This document shows positions 40,256-50,366 of a stretch of DNA of 64,000 bases, piece after piece (position 1 is the first letter of the stretch; each line of letters starts with the position of its first letter). The stretch is from Thermoanaerobaculia bacterium. GTDB lineage: Bacteria > Acidobacteriota > Thermoanaerobaculia > Multivoradales > JAHEKO01. Position numbers and translations under genes: made by a program. The DNA lies in assembly GCA_947259725.1 (NCBI GenBank), contig CAMYNM010000003.1:171968-235967 (forward strand). Direction: 5' to 3'. Under the pieces are notes generated by a model, which saw nothing but the letters and a program-made list of their open reading frames with translations, searched no databases and was not told the DNA's origin.

Positions 40256-41098
40256 ATGCGCCGGATCTTCACGCGATCCTGGACCACGGTGACCCTCGCG
40301 GTCTGCCTTGTCTCGTCAGCCGGGATGGCCCAGTCGGGAGCCTCGCTCGACCGCTACCGGATCGGGCCACGGGACGTCGTCAGGGTCGAGGTCCTGGAGG
40401 ACGAGTCCCTCAATCTCGACAGGGCCCGCGTCGATCAGGACGGCGCCATCGAGCTCCTTCACGTCGGCCCGGTTGTCGTTTCCGGAATGACCGAGTCCCA
40501 AGCCCGCATCGCTGTCGAGGAGGCGCTCTCGCGCTATCTTCAGAGAGCCACGGTTTCGCTTCGAATCTTGGAGTTTCGCTCCAAGCCGATCACGATCCTG
40601 GGAGCGGTCCACAAGCCGGGACCGCTCGAATTCTCGGGGCGCTGGACGCTGCTCGAGGCACTGATGGAGGCTGGTGGCCCGACCGAGAACGCCGGCGCGA
40701 CGGTCCACGTCACTCGCCGCGCGACCAACGGGCTGACCGACCAGCTCACCATCGGCCTACGCGACCTGATCGAACGCGGCGATCCTCTGGCCAACATCCC
40801 GCTGACCGCCAACGATCTTGTGACGGTCTCGACCGCAGCCGACGTCACAGTGTTTTGCATCGGCGAGTTCGCCACGGCCGGCGCGATCACGTTCCGGAGC
40901 ACCGAACGAGTCACCTTGCTCGCGGCAATCGCCAGGGCGGGCGGGCTCACCAATAGCGCCGCCAATCGCATCGTCGTCCGGCGGCCCGCTACCGGAGAAG
41001 AGATCGTGGTGTCGTGGAAGAAGCTCCTGGCCAACCGCACCCCGGACATATCGCTCCATGAAGGCGATTTCGTGATCGTCAAGGAGTCCTTCTTTTGA
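40256..41098 (+). CDS. wza: Polysaccharide export protein (Wza/KpsD family; Poly_export plus SLBB domains)
   Basis: Signal peptide and YRIGPRDVVRVEV, the Poly_export signature YxIGxGDxL. SLBB repeats downstream. Confidence 0.85.
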   Translation: MRRIFTRSWTTVTLAVCLVSSAGMAQSGASLDRYRIGPRDVVRVEVLEDESLNLDRARVDQDGAIELLHVGPVVVSGMTESQARIAVEEALSRYLQRATVSLRILEFRSKPITILGAVHKPGPLEFSGRWTLLEALMEAGGPTENAGATVHVTRRATNGLTDQLTIGLRDLIERGDPLANIPLTANDLVTVSTAADVTVFCIGEFATAGAITFRSTERVTLLAAIARAGGLTNSAANRIVVRRPATGEEIVVSWKKLLANRTPDISLHEGDFVIVKESFF

Positions 41099-43329
41099 AG
41101 CCCTCGAACATCCCGCTGAGCCCGCAGGATCCGCTCGCCGAGACGGGTCGTTCATTCGGCGTTTCTGCCCGCGAATACGCCGCGATCGTCACGTCGCGAT
41201 GGAGGCTGATCGCAGTGGTTACAGCCCTGACAGTCGCTTTGGGGTTGTTGCATTTCTATCTGACGCCGCGGCTGTACCGGGCGCAAACCCTGCTTCAGAT
41301 AGAACAGCGAAGCCCGTTGAGCGTGGGGCGCGAGGCAAACCCGTATCTCCAGGCCTACCTGACCCAGAAGTACTACCCCACCCAGTACCGGCTTCTGAGA
41401 AGCCGGGACCTCGCCGAGCGAGTCGTCAAACGCCTCAATCTCAACGACGATCCCCGATTTGCGGCTCGGCCCGGCGGGAACACCGACCCCGCGTCCGACG
41501 AGCTCGCTCTTGCGCGATTCGCCAGCCGAATCCTAGGGGGGCTCTCGATCAAGCCGGTTCCAGGAACCGAGCTCGTCTCGGTCGAGTACGTCGCCTCGGA
41601 CCCCAACCTCGCGATCGAGGTGATCAACACTCTCGCGCAGGAATACATCAATTGGAATCTCGAGAACCGCTCGCTCGAGGTGGACAAGACATCTCAGTTC
41701 CTGCAGACCGAGCTTCAGGCCCTTCGACAGGAGATCGCCGACAAGGAAAAGCAGCTCGAGGAGTACAGCCGCCGCTCCGACATCGTCACGCTCGACCCAT
41801 CGTCCAACCTGACGCTCCAGCGGCTCGAACGGCTCAACGCCGATCTCATCACCGCCCAGGGAGCCCGCCGAGAGAAGCAGGCCGGTCTGCGCGAGCTCGA
41901 GGCCCTGCCGCGGGCCAGCGTCGCCGACGAGGAGGCCAACGGCCTGGTCTCGGCCATGCGACGTGATCAGCTCAAACGCCAGAGCGAGTACGACTCAAAG
42001 CTCCAGGTCTACAAGCCCGACTGGCCCGAGATGGTGGAGCTCAAGGCTGCGATCGACGAAGGCGAACGAGCCATCAATCGGGAGATCGAGAAGCAGTACG
42101 GTGAGGCGAGGCGCCGACGAGAGGCCGAATACCAGACGGCCCTCCGACAGGAGCGTGGCCTGGAGAGCGAAATCGCCAGGGTCAAGTCTCAGGCCCTGGA
42201 TCTCAACTCGGTGTCGGTCGAGTTCAACAGTCTCAAAATGGAGATCGGCGCCCGCCGCGACCGGCAGGACACCCTTCTCCAGGAGCTCGCCACCGCCGAC
42301 ATGTCGGCCCGCATGTTTCAACAGCGAGAATCCAACATCCGAGTGGTCGAAAGCGCCCTGATACCTTCGAAGCCCTTTCGTCCCTCGCTGCGGCTCGACC
42401 TCGCGACCGGCCTGACCGCCGGAGTCGCGCTCGGCATCGCCCTGGCCCTCCTGCTCCACTTCCTCGATCGCACGGTCAAGACGCCCGAGGAGCTTGAGCG
42501 ACTCCTGGGATTGCCGCTTCTCGGAGTCATTCCGGACGCCAACGACAAGGGGCGAAGCTACGCCTCGTACGGCTACGGACGAACCCGACGAAAGACAGCG
42601 GAAGTTCCCGACAAGTCTCAAGAGCGCAATATCGAGCTGGTGCCCGCGCTCCATCCCCGGCTCGCCATCTCGGAGTCCTACCGCTCGCTGCGCACCGCGC
42701 TGCTCCTGTCGAGCGCCGAACAGCTAAATGTCATCTCGGTCACCTCGGCAGAGTCAGGTGAAGGCAAGACCTCGACCGCCGCCAACCTGGGCGTGGTCAT
42801 GGCTCAGCTCGGCAAGCGGGTGCTCATCGTGGACGCCGATCTTCGCAAGCCGCGGCTCTTCAAGGTCTTCGGAGTTTCGAACCGAACCGGCCTGGTGCAT
42901 TACCTGACCGGCTCGGCGTCCGCGGAGTCGCTTTGCCTGCCGACCTCGGAAAAGGATCTCTTTCTGTGCCCGGCCGGACCTCACCCTCCAAACCCCTCGG
43001 AGCTTCTTGCGTCGGACCGGATGGACAGCTTTTTGGAGTTCGCCGCGAGCGCATTCGATTTCGTAATCGTCGACTCACCCCCGGTCTTGGCGGTCACCGA
43101 CGCCGTTCTGATCGGCGGCAAGTGTCAAGGCACGGCACTGTGCTTTCGCGCGAACACGGTCGAGCGCTCGAGCGTCCAGGCGTGCAAGCATCGTCTCGGG
43201 CTCTCAGAGATCCGAGTGCTCGGCGCGATACTCAATCGCTACTCTCCTTCCCGCGTCGGCTACGGCGCCAGGTACGACTACTACTACGACGCGTATGGCG
43301 AAGAGTCCAAGAGCTCTTCGGCCGCCTGA
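41095..43329 (+). CDS. wzc: Polysaccharide co-polymerase / BY-kinase (Wzc/EpsB-like tyrosine autokinase)
   Basis: Wzz-like N-terminal TM domain, coiled-coil, C-terminal P-loop SGEGKTSTAANLG, DADLRKP, and a Tyr-rich tail YGARYDYYYDAYGE. Confidence 0.9.
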   Translation: MKPSNIPLSPQDPLAETGRSFGVSAREYAAIVTSRWRLIAVVTALTVALGLLHFYLTPRLYRAQTLLQIEQRSPLSVGREANPYLQAYLTQKYYPTQYRLLRSRDLAERVVKRLNLNDDPRFAARPGGNTDPASDELALARFASRILGGLSIKPVPGTELVSVEYVASDPNLAIEVINTLAQEYINWNLENRSLEVDKTSQFLQTELQALRQEIADKEKQLEEYSRRSDIVTLDPSSNLTLQRLERLNADLITAQGARREKQAGLRELEALPRASVADEEANGLVSAMRRDQLKRQSEYDSKLQVYKPDWPEMVELKAAIDEGERAINREIEKQYGEARRRREAEYQTALRQERGLESEIARVKSQALDLNSVSVEFNSLKMEIGARRDRQDTLLQELATADMSARMFQQRESNIRVVESALIPSKPFRPSLRLDLATGLTAGVALGIALALLLHFLDRTVKTPEELERLLGLPLLGVIPDANDKGRSYASYGYGRTRRKTAEVPDKSQERNIELVPALHPRLAISESYRSLRTALLLSSAEQLNVISVTSAESGEGKTSTAANLGVVMAQLGKRVLIVDADLRKPRLFKVFGVSNRTGLVHYLTGSASAESLCLPTSEKDLFLCPAGPHPPNPSELLASDRMDSFLEFAASAFDFVIVDSPPVLAVTDAVLIGGKCQGTALCFRANTVERSSVQACKHRLGLSEIRVLGAILNRYSPSRVGYGARYDYYYDAYGEESKSSSAA

Positions 43330-44066
43330 TGATCGACATCCACGCGCACGTTCTACCCTCCATCGACGACGGCGCGGAGAATCTGAAGATCGCCGCCGCG
43401 ATGTGCCGATTCGCGGCCGATGACGGCTGCACCGCTCTCTTGGCTACACCCCATCAGCGGACGCCCAGCTGGTGGAACTGTGACCCTCGGAAACTGCAGC
43501 GCGACCTCGACGAGGTTCGAGCGGAGGTGGGAGATACCCCCCGGCTTTACCTCGGCGGCGAGATCCGAGTCGACGCGAGCCTACTCGAGGCACTGGGCGA
43601 CATTGAAGGAAGTGGCGTGCAACCACTCGCCGGCTCACGGTACCTCTTGCTCGAGCTCAGCCGCCGCGGGCTCGGCCGCCTGGATCCCGAGGCGCTCGCT
43701 CACGAGCTTCGGCTGCTTGGCTGGCGCCCCATCTTTGCGCACCCCGAGTTCATCCCCGATCTCTCGGCCTCTCCGCGGCTGATCGAGAAGATGGCCCGGA
43801 GCGGTGCGTTGTTCCAACTGACCGCGATGAGCCTCACCGGCGGCTACGGTCGCAAGATCCAGCGATTCTCGGAGAAGCTGGTGGCCGACGGATTGGTGCA
43901 CTTCGTTGCGAGCGACGCTCACGACCTGACGCGACGCCCGCCGGGCTTGCGCAAGGTCCATGATGCGTTGAGCAGGAAATTCGGCAGGGACCGCGCCGAC
44001 CAACTGACGATGAAGAATCCCGGCGCGATTCTCGCCAACCGGCCGATCGAGGCGAGCGCCAATTGA
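43329..44066 (+). CDS. PHP-family protein-tyrosine phosphatase (CpsB/Wzb-type)
   Basis: MIDIHAHVLPSIDDGA... and FVASDAHD PHP motifs. Its ATG overlaps the wzc stop (TGATG). Confidence 0.85.
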   Translation: MIDIHAHVLPSIDDGAENLKIAAAMCRFAADDGCTALLATPHQRTPSWWNCDPRKLQRDLDEVRAEVGDTPRLYLGGEIRVDASLLEALGDIEGSGVQPLAGSRYLLLELSRRGLGRLDPEALAHELRLLGWRPIFAHPEFIPDLSASPRLIEKMARSGALFQLTAMSLTGGYGRKIQRFSEKLVADGLVHFVASDAHDLTRRPPGLRKVHDALSRKFGRDRADQLTMKNPGAILANRPIEASAN

Positions 44067-44074
44067 GGAAGTCG

Positions 44075-45535
44075 ATGAACCAGCCGAGAACCAGCCGGCT
44101 GGTAGGCACGCGCGCGCAACCGCTGTTCGTCGCTGCGATCCTGATTGCTCTCCTCTGCATGGCACCCGAGCTGCGGGGCGAAGTCGACCGCTTCTATTCG
44201 GGCCTTCTCGAGCGTGGCACTCGTGATCTGGCGTCGGGACGAATCGAGGATGCCGAGAAGCAGCTGCGCATCGCCAGCTTCGGGTTGTTGGACCAACCGG
44301 CTCTCCTTGCCGAGTGCCTGATCAGATTGGGCCAGGCGCAGGCCGCTGCTGGGAACCTTTCGGATCTATCGGTGACCGTAGGGCGGTTGGTCGAGATCGA
44401 GGCCGAGTTCGGCGCTTACACAGCGCTCGGGGAAACCCGAGAGAAAGCCGCCTTCGAGGAAATCTTGCGCAGTGGCCCGCCGGGCCTCGACGAACGCCGC
44501 CTCCTGCTCGGACCGACTCCGGGATCCGCGCCGATACCCCAAAAGGAAGCACCCGTCTCAGGCCGCGCTCAGCGAAAAGCGCTCGAGGAGCGAGTGTCAG
44601 CCGATCCCGCCGACCGGGAGGCGTTCTGGGAGCTCGCCCGTCTGGACCTCTCAGACGGCAAGCCGAAGCGAGCAGCAGCCCGGCTCGACCGCCTGCTCGA
44701 AGCGCAGCCCGGCGATGTTCCGGCTCTCTGCCTGCGGGCGGAGATCGGCGTGCCGCGCGGCGAGTGCGCGCCGGCGCTGGCCGCCGCTGGCGCATGCCCG
44801 ACCCTCCTCGGGCAGGACGACACCGCCGCGTTCGTCCTCGAGTGCCTGACCTCAGCCGGACGACACGCCGAGGCAGCCGAGCTTCTCGATGGGCTTCCCA
44901 CCGAACGCCGCCAGGCTCCGGCCATGGCACGGGCGGCCGCCCGGATTCAGACTCCGCTGGAGGAGCCCGCACTCGCGGCTGAAGCTCTCGCCGAGGTCAC
45001 GTCGCCGGTCGATCCAGCCGCCGAATCGGCGCCTCCTTCCGGCCAGGGCAGCGAGTCGATCCCTCCGGTGACCGATCCGGCAATCGCTCCCACCTCTCCG
45101 ACCGAGCTCCCTTCCGAGCCCCGAGTTCTGATCGGCATTCCACTGGATGAGCAATTGCGGCGACTGCGCACGACCCTCGCCTCGGCTCGAGTGCGCTCGG
45201 ACCTCATCGAGCCAATGGCCCGCGCCGGCCGGCTCGCAGACCAGCACCCCGATTCCGCCGCCGCTCAGCATCTCGCAGCCGAGATCGCGTTTCGTAGCGC
45301 CGACTATCCCCAGGCGGTCGAGTACTTTTCGCGGGGAGGACAGCCCGATCCCGAACAGCATGTGCTGCTCTTCTTCCTCGCCGTGTCTTTGTTCGAGACC
45401 GGCGAGATCGAAGAAGCCAGGCGGGTCCTGCTCGAGGCGCTCCCGGGCCTCGAGGCTTCCGAGCCATCGGCCTACGTGCGCGCCAGCATCGAGAGGATTC
45501 TCGGCTCACCGCCGGCCAGTGACGCATTTCCTTGA
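44075..45535 (+). CDS. Hypothetical TM-anchored protein with TPR-like helical repeats
   Basis: ATG with a GAGGAAG RBS. N-terminal TM segment, Ala/Leu/Glu-rich helical repeats, and a Pro-rich linker. Confidence 0.5.
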   Translation: MNQPRTSRLVGTRAQPLFVAAILIALLCMAPELRGEVDRFYSGLLERGTRDLASGRIEDAEKQLRIASFGLLDQPALLAECLIRLGQAQAAAGNLSDLSVTVGRLVEIEAEFGAYTALGETREKAAFEEILRSGPPGLDERRLLLGPTPGSAPIPQKEAPVSGRAQRKALEERVSADPADREAFWELARLDLSDGKPKRAAARLDRLLEAQPGDVPALCLRAEIGVPRGECAPALAAAGACPTLLGQDDTAAFVLECLTSAGRHAEAAELLDGLPTERRQAPAMARAAARIQTPLEEPALAAEALAEVTSPVDPAAESAPPSGQGSESIPPVTDPAIAPTSPTELPSEPRVLIGIPLDEQLRRLRTTLASARVRSDLIEPMARAGRLADQHPDSAAAQHLAAEIAFRSADYPQAVEYFSRGGQPDPEQHVLLFFLAVSLFETGEIEEARRVLLEALPGLEASEPSAYVRASIERILGSPPASDAFP

Positions 45536-45605
45536 CGAAATCCCTTTACTCCCCGTAGTGTTGTCGTGGTCGCCCCGCGTGGCGGCTTGAACTCGAAAGG
45601 TCTCC

Positions 45606-46364
45606 ATGAATACCAATAAACCTTTGTTTTGCCTGACCTTCGGCGCCGCCCTGCTCGCCGCTGCCACTCTCTCGGCCCAAGAGATCTCCGCGGATGCGAT
45701 CGAGTGCCTGCCGAACGAGGCCAATACCATGCTCGCCGCGAAGGTGACACCCGAGATCGACGGCAGCGAGAGCATGAGGCTCTATTTCAGGCGCCTCAAT
45801 CGCACCGGCGCCTTCTACTGGGTAGAAATGAACTCCAAGGGCGACGGCAACTACTGGACCGTCTTTCCGAAGCCCGAGGAGCGCGACCAACGGGAGCTGA
45901 CCGACGAGTGGTTCGAGATCCTCGAGGACCGCGACTGGATGGAGGGCCACGACCGCGAGTGGCTGGAGGACTGGCTCGAACAGCAGGAACATGAAGCCGC
46001 GGAGTATTACCTTGCCGTGGCCGACGTCGGCGGCAACGAGATCAGCCGTACGCCGACGCAACTGACGAAGGTGCTCGACCGCGACGATTGCAGAAATGAG
46101 CTCGACGCGTTCGAAGCCGGTCAGTCCCACAACCTCACGATCGGCGAAACTACCGAGATCCAGCAGGGTAAGGAAGTGTTTCATTGGCTGTGTGACGGAG
46201 TGATCAGCAGGGTCAATGTCGATGGTGTTTTGCGGGGCGACGAAACTTGCCGTGCGTGCGTGGTCGCGGGCTGGTTGCCGATCGCCACCACTGCCGGCGC
46301 CATCGTCGCGGGAACCACAATCGAGAACCGCGTGCCCCGTCGCGCTTCGGACATTCAACCCTGA
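45606..46364 (+). CDS. Secreted acidic hypothetical protein (252 aa, multiple Cys)
   Basis: Signal peptide MNTNKPLFCLTFGAALLAAATLSAQE, then an Asp/Glu/Trp-rich region and a Cys cluster near the C-terminus. No family recognised. Confidence 0.5.
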   Translation: MNTNKPLFCLTFGAALLAAATLSAQEISADAIECLPNEANTMLAAKVTPEIDGSESMRLYFRRLNRTGAFYWVEMNSKGDGNYWTVFPKPEERDQRELTDEWFEILEDRDWMEGHDREWLEDWLEQQEHEAAEYYLAVADVGGNEISRTPTQLTKVLDRDDCRNELDAFEAGQSHNLTIGETTEIQQGKEVFHWLCDGVISRVNVDGVLRGDETCRACVVAGWLPIATTAGAIVAGTTIENRVPRRASDIQP

Positions 46365-46447
46365 CCCTCCCACCGGCCTGACCGAATCGGCCGGTTAGTG
46401 CGGCTACCGCGGCTACCGAAAACCGGGTTCAATCGCCGCTTCGCCTC

Positions 46448-47770
46448 GTGAGCGACCTCTACCAGCGACTCTCCGACGCGATTGCGAGCCGCTCGGCTAC
46501 CGTCGGGGTGATTGGTTTGGGATACGTCGGATTGCCTCTGGCCCTGGCTTTTGCGAGAGCGGGGTTCCGGGTTCTCGGCTTCGACCTCGATGCCGGCAAG
46601 GTCGCGACCCTCAACCGGGGCGAGACCTACCTGCTGGACTTCCCCGACGAGCAAGTCGCGGAGCAGGTCCGCTCACAACGGCTTTCGGCCACGACGGACT
46701 CCGACCGGCTGACCGAGGTCGATGCGGTGATCATCTGCGTGCCGACGCCACTGACGGACAAGGGACAACCGGACCTCGGCTTCGTCGAGGAAACGGCGCG
46801 AAGCATCCAGACGAAGCTCGCGCCCGGCCAGCTCGTCGTGCTCGAATCCACCACCTACCCGGGGACCACCGAAGAGGTGGTTCGACCCCTGCTCGAAGCC
46901 GGCGGGCTGCGCGCCGGCCGTGACTTCTTCCTCGCCTATTCTCCCGAGCGCGAAGATCCCGGCAGCGCGAGCTTCCGGCTGGAATCGATTCCCAAGGTGG
47001 TCGGCGGCGTCGATTCGCTCTCCACCCGCCTCGCGGAAGCTCTCTACGCCGCGGTGGTTTCATCCACCGTCGCGGTCTCGAGCACAAGGGTCGCGGAGGC
47101 ATCGAAGCTGACCGAGAACATCTTCCGCGCGGTCAACATCGCGCTGGTCAATGAGCTCAAGATCATCTTCGACAGCCTGGGCGTCGATGTCTGGGAAGTT
47201 CTCGATGCGGCCGCTACCAAACCGTTCGGCTTCATGCGCTTCGACCCGGGCCCCGGCTGGGGAGGTCACTGCATTCCGATCGATCCGTTTTATCTCGCGT
47301 GGAAAGCGCGAGAGGCGGGCACCGAGGCGCGATTCATCGAGCTGGCGGGCGTTATCAACACCCAAATGCCCCGATACGTCCTCTCCAAGCTCGAAGCGGC
47401 TCTGGCGACGGGCGGAGGCGAGCTCCGAGGATCCCGCGTTTTGCTCATCGGAATCGCCTACAAGAGAAACGTGGCCGATCCGCGAGAGAGCCCCGCCTTC
47501 GCATTTCTCGACCTGCTGATTCGCGCGGGCGCCCTTCCCGCCTACCACGACCCCTTCCTGCCCGCGGCTCCTCGAATGCGTAACTGGCCCGAGCTCGAGG
47601 TGCTCGAATCACAGCCGCTCACTCCCGAAACGCTCCAGTCACACGACGCTGTCGTCATCGTCACCGATCACGACTCGATCGACTACGACCTCATCGCCGA
47701 ACACGCGCGCCTGGTCATCGACGCCCGGGGCCGCTATCGGACTCGCTCCGAGAACATCGTTCCGGCCTGA
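46448..47770 (+). CDS. Nucleotide-sugar dehydrogenase (UDP-N-acetyl-D-glucosamine/mannosamine dehydrogenase family, WbpA/WecC-like)
   Basis: N-terminal Rossmann motif GVIGLGYVGLPLA, catalytic Cys region GGHCIPIDP, and the UDPG_MGDP_dh C-terminal domain. Confidence 0.9.
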   Translation: MSDLYQRLSDAIASRSATVGVIGLGYVGLPLALAFARAGFRVLGFDLDAGKVATLNRGETYLLDFPDEQVAEQVRSQRLSATTDSDRLTEVDAVIICVPTPLTDKGQPDLGFVEETARSIQTKLAPGQLVVLESTTYPGTTEEVVRPLLEAGGLRAGRDFFLAYSPEREDPGSASFRLESIPKVVGGVDSLSTRLAEALYAAVVSSTVAVSSTRVAEASKLTENIFRAVNIALVNELKIIFDSLGVDVWEVLDAAATKPFGFMRFDPGPGWGGHCIPIDPFYLAWKAREAGTEARFIELAGVINTQMPRYVLSKLEAALATGGGELRGSRVLLIGIAYKRNVADPRESPAFAFLDLLIRAGALPAYHDPFLPAAPRMRNWPELEVLESQPLTPETLQSHDAVVIVTDHDSIDYDLIAEHARLVIDARGRYRTRSENIVPA

Positions 47771-47790
47771 GCCGGCACTCGCCCGCGCTG

Positions 47791-48729
47791 ATGCCACAGA
47801 TACTGATCTCGACCTCGACCTTCGGGCGAGTTTCGCAAGCGCCACTCAATCTGCTGCGTGACGCCGGAATCGAATGTCACTTGAATCCGCACGGAAGAGT
47901 GCTCGAACCCGAGGAGTCGAAAGAGCTTCTGACGGGCGCCGACGGCTTGATCGCCGGCACCGAGCGGCTGGACCGCGAGGTCCTCTCCCAGGCGCCTCGG
48001 CTCAGGGTGATTGCCCGAGTCGGCGCGGGCGTGGAGAATGTGGATCTCGAGGCCGCCCGAGAGCTCGGGATCGAAGTCGCCAACACACCCGAGCCTCCCG
48101 CGCGCGCGGTTGCGGAGCTGGCTCTGGCCGGAATCCTGGCCTCGCTTCGGGACCTGTGCGCCGCCGATCGCCGGCTCCGCGAGGGTCGGTGGCAGAAACC
48201 CATGGGCCGGCTCCTCAGTGGCAAGACTGTGGGAATCGTCGGCACCGGACGCGCCGGTCGGATGCTCGTCGATCTGCTCGCACCCTTTCGCTGCCGCCTC
48301 CTGGCGTTCGACATCGCACCCGATTCTGAATGGGCCGCTTCCAGTGGAGTTTCTTATGTCTCGCTGGAAGCGCTTCTCGGCTCCTCGGACGTCGTCTCGC
48401 TTCACGTGCCACTCACCGACGACACACGAGGTCTTCTCGACCGGCGCCGGATCGAAAGCATGCAGGCCGGCTCGATCCTGGTCAATTGCGCGCGCGGCGG
48501 CCTTGTGGACGAGGCGGCTTTGGCCGACAATCTACGAGGCGGCCGGCTCGGTGGCGCCTATCTCGACGTCTTCGAGGCTGAGCCGTATACCGGACCCTTG
48601 ACCGATTTGCCCAACATCGTCTTGAGCCCCCATATCGGATCGTACGCCGCGGAGTGCCGGCTCGAGATGGAGATGCAGGCGGCGGCCGCGGTGATCCGGG
48701 CGCTGGCATCGGAACGAGGCCGGGCATGA
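47791..48729 (+). CDS. D-isomer-specific 2-hydroxyacid dehydrogenase family oxidoreductase
   Basis: NAD-binding GIVGTGRAGR and the conserved catalytic region SLHVPLTDDTRGL...NCARGGLVDE. Confidence 0.85.
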   Translation: MPQILISTSTFGRVSQAPLNLLRDAGIECHLNPHGRVLEPEESKELLTGADGLIAGTERLDREVLSQAPRLRVIARVGAGVENVDLEAARELGIEVANTPEPPARAVAELALAGILASLRDLCAADRRLREGRWQKPMGRLLSGKTVGIVGTGRAGRMLVDLLAPFRCRLLAFDIAPDSEWAASSGVSYVSLEALLGSSDVVSLHVPLTDDTRGLLDRRRIESMQAGSILVNCARGGLVDEAALADNLRGGRLGGAYLDVFEAEPYTGPLTDLPNIVLSPHIGSYAAECRLEMEMQAAAAVIRALASERGRA

Positions 48730-49613
48730 AGCGGGCGCTGGTTACCGGCGGCTCGGGGTTTCTGGGCAGCTTCATCGCCGACGAGCTCAGCCGAACCGAC
48801 TTCGAGGTCCGCGTCTTCGATCGAGACCCGTCGCCCTATCTGAGCGATGGCCAGGAAATGATCCAAGGTGACGTCCTCGACGCCGAAGGCCTTCGGGACG
48901 CGGCAAACGGCTGCTCGGTTGTCTACCACCTCGCGGCGCTGGCCAATCTGGACACCGCACACGGAGCCGCCGTCGAGGCCGCCCAGCAGAACATCCTGGG
49001 GACACTTCACGCGCTCGAAGCAGCTCGACTGGCCGGCGCAGAGCGTTTCGTCCTCGCGAGCACGATCTACGTTTACAGCCGCGCGGGCGGTTTCTACCGG
49101 TGCTCGAAGCAGGCCGCCGAGTCCTTCGTGGAGGAGTACCAGCACCAGTTCGAGCTGCCCTACACGATCCTGCGCTACGGCAGCCTCTACGGCCCCAGAA
49201 GCGACCGGTCGAACGGCGTCTTCCGACTCCTCGAGACCGCCGTGCGGGAGGGCAAGATCGTTCATCACGGCACGCAGGAAGATACCCGCGAATACATCCA
49301 CGTTCGGGATGCCGCGCGGCTGTCGGTCGAGTCCCTGGGCGCGGAGTACGCCAATCAGCACCTGACCTTGACCGGTTCCCATCCGACCCGACTACGGGAC
49401 CTCTTCGTGATGTTCGAGGAGATTCTCGCCAAGCCGATCGAGATCGAGTACCAGACCGAGAAGACCGCGGCCGAAGAGCGCCATTACCGGGTCACGCCCT
49501 ACGCCTACATGCCGCGGGCCGGGCGCACGCTCACCGCGCGCCATCACGTCGACATGGGCCAGGGACTGCTCGAGCTGATTCACGCGCTGGAACATCCGCC
49601 CCGAGTTGACTGA
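48726..49613 (+). CDS. NAD-dependent epimerase/dehydratase (extended SDR)
   Basis: MKRALVTGGSGFLGS Rossmann motif and a YxxxK catalytic dyad region (YRCSK). Overlaps the upstream stop (ATGA). Confidence 0.85.
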   Translation: MKRALVTGGSGFLGSFIADELSRTDFEVRVFDRDPSPYLSDGQEMIQGDVLDAEGLRDAANGCSVVYHLAALANLDTAHGAAVEAAQQNILGTLHALEAARLAGAERFVLASTIYVYSRAGGFYRCSKQAAESFVEEYQHQFELPYTILRYGSLYGPRSDRSNGVFRLLETAVREGKIVHHGTQEDTREYIHVRDAARLSVESLGAEYANQHLTLTGSHPTRLRDLFVMFEEILAKPIEIEYQTEKTAAEERHYRVTPYAYMPRAGRTLTARHHVDMGQGLLELIHALEHPPRVD

Positions 49614-49631
49614 CCCGGCAGCCGAGCCGTC

Positions 49632-50351
49632 TTGAACGCAGCCATCATCACCGCGAGAGCGGGCAGCAAATCGATCCGAGACAAGAACGTTCTGCCGGTG
49701 GCCGGTGAGCCGCTGGTGACCTACCCGGCACGAGCGGCGCTCCAAGCGCGCAGGATCGAAAAGGTGTTCGTCTCCACTGACGGCGACTCCATCGCCAAGG
49801 CCTGCGCCGCGATCGGCGTAGAAGTCATCCACCGTCCCGAGGAACTGGGCGGTGACCAGGTCAATCACGGCGACGTGATCCAGCACGCGGTCGAGTGGGT
49901 CGACGAGCGACATCCCGACCTCGAGAACGTCGTCCTGCTGCTCGGCAACACCGTGATGCTCGACGCCGAGACGATCGACCACTGCCTCGAGATCCTGGAG
50001 GCCGATCGCGACCTCGACTCCGTGATGACCGTCTGGGAAGCCGCCGATGACCACCCGCTGCGCGCGCTCGAGATCCACGACGGCCTGCTGCGACCCTACG
50101 GCGACCCCGAGCGGGACGTTTCGACCGAACGCCAGTCCTACACCAAGGCCTACTACTACGATCAGGGCGTGTGGGCGTTCCGGAAAGACTGCGTACAGCG
50201 GCGGGAAGGTCCCAATCCGTGGTGGTGGATGGGCAAGAGGTGCCGGCCGGTGGTGCGGACCTGGGTCACGGGACGAGACATTCACACGCCCTTCGACGCC
50301 GAGATCGCCGAGTGGTGGCTCGGGCGGCCCGATCGCCGACCGAAAGGCTAG
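49632..50351 (+). CDS. Acylneuraminate cytidylyltransferase family protein (CMP-sugar synthetase, CTP_transf_3)
   Basis: AIITARAGSKSIRDKN matches the NeuA/PseF/KdsB-type N-terminal motif. TTG start. Confidence 0.8.
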   Translation: MNAAIITARAGSKSIRDKNVLPVAGEPLVTYPARAALQARRIEKVFVSTDGDSIAKACAAIGVEVIHRPEELGGDQVNHGDVIQHAVEWVDERHPDLENVVLLLGNTVMLDAETIDHCLEILEADRDLDSVMTVWEAADDHPLRALEIHDGLLRPYGDPERDVSTERQSYTKAYYYDQGVWAFRKDCVQRREGPNPWWWMGKRCRPVVRTWVTGRDIHTPFDAEIAEWWLGRPDRRPKG

Positions 50352-50366
50352 GAGACACCGCGCGCC

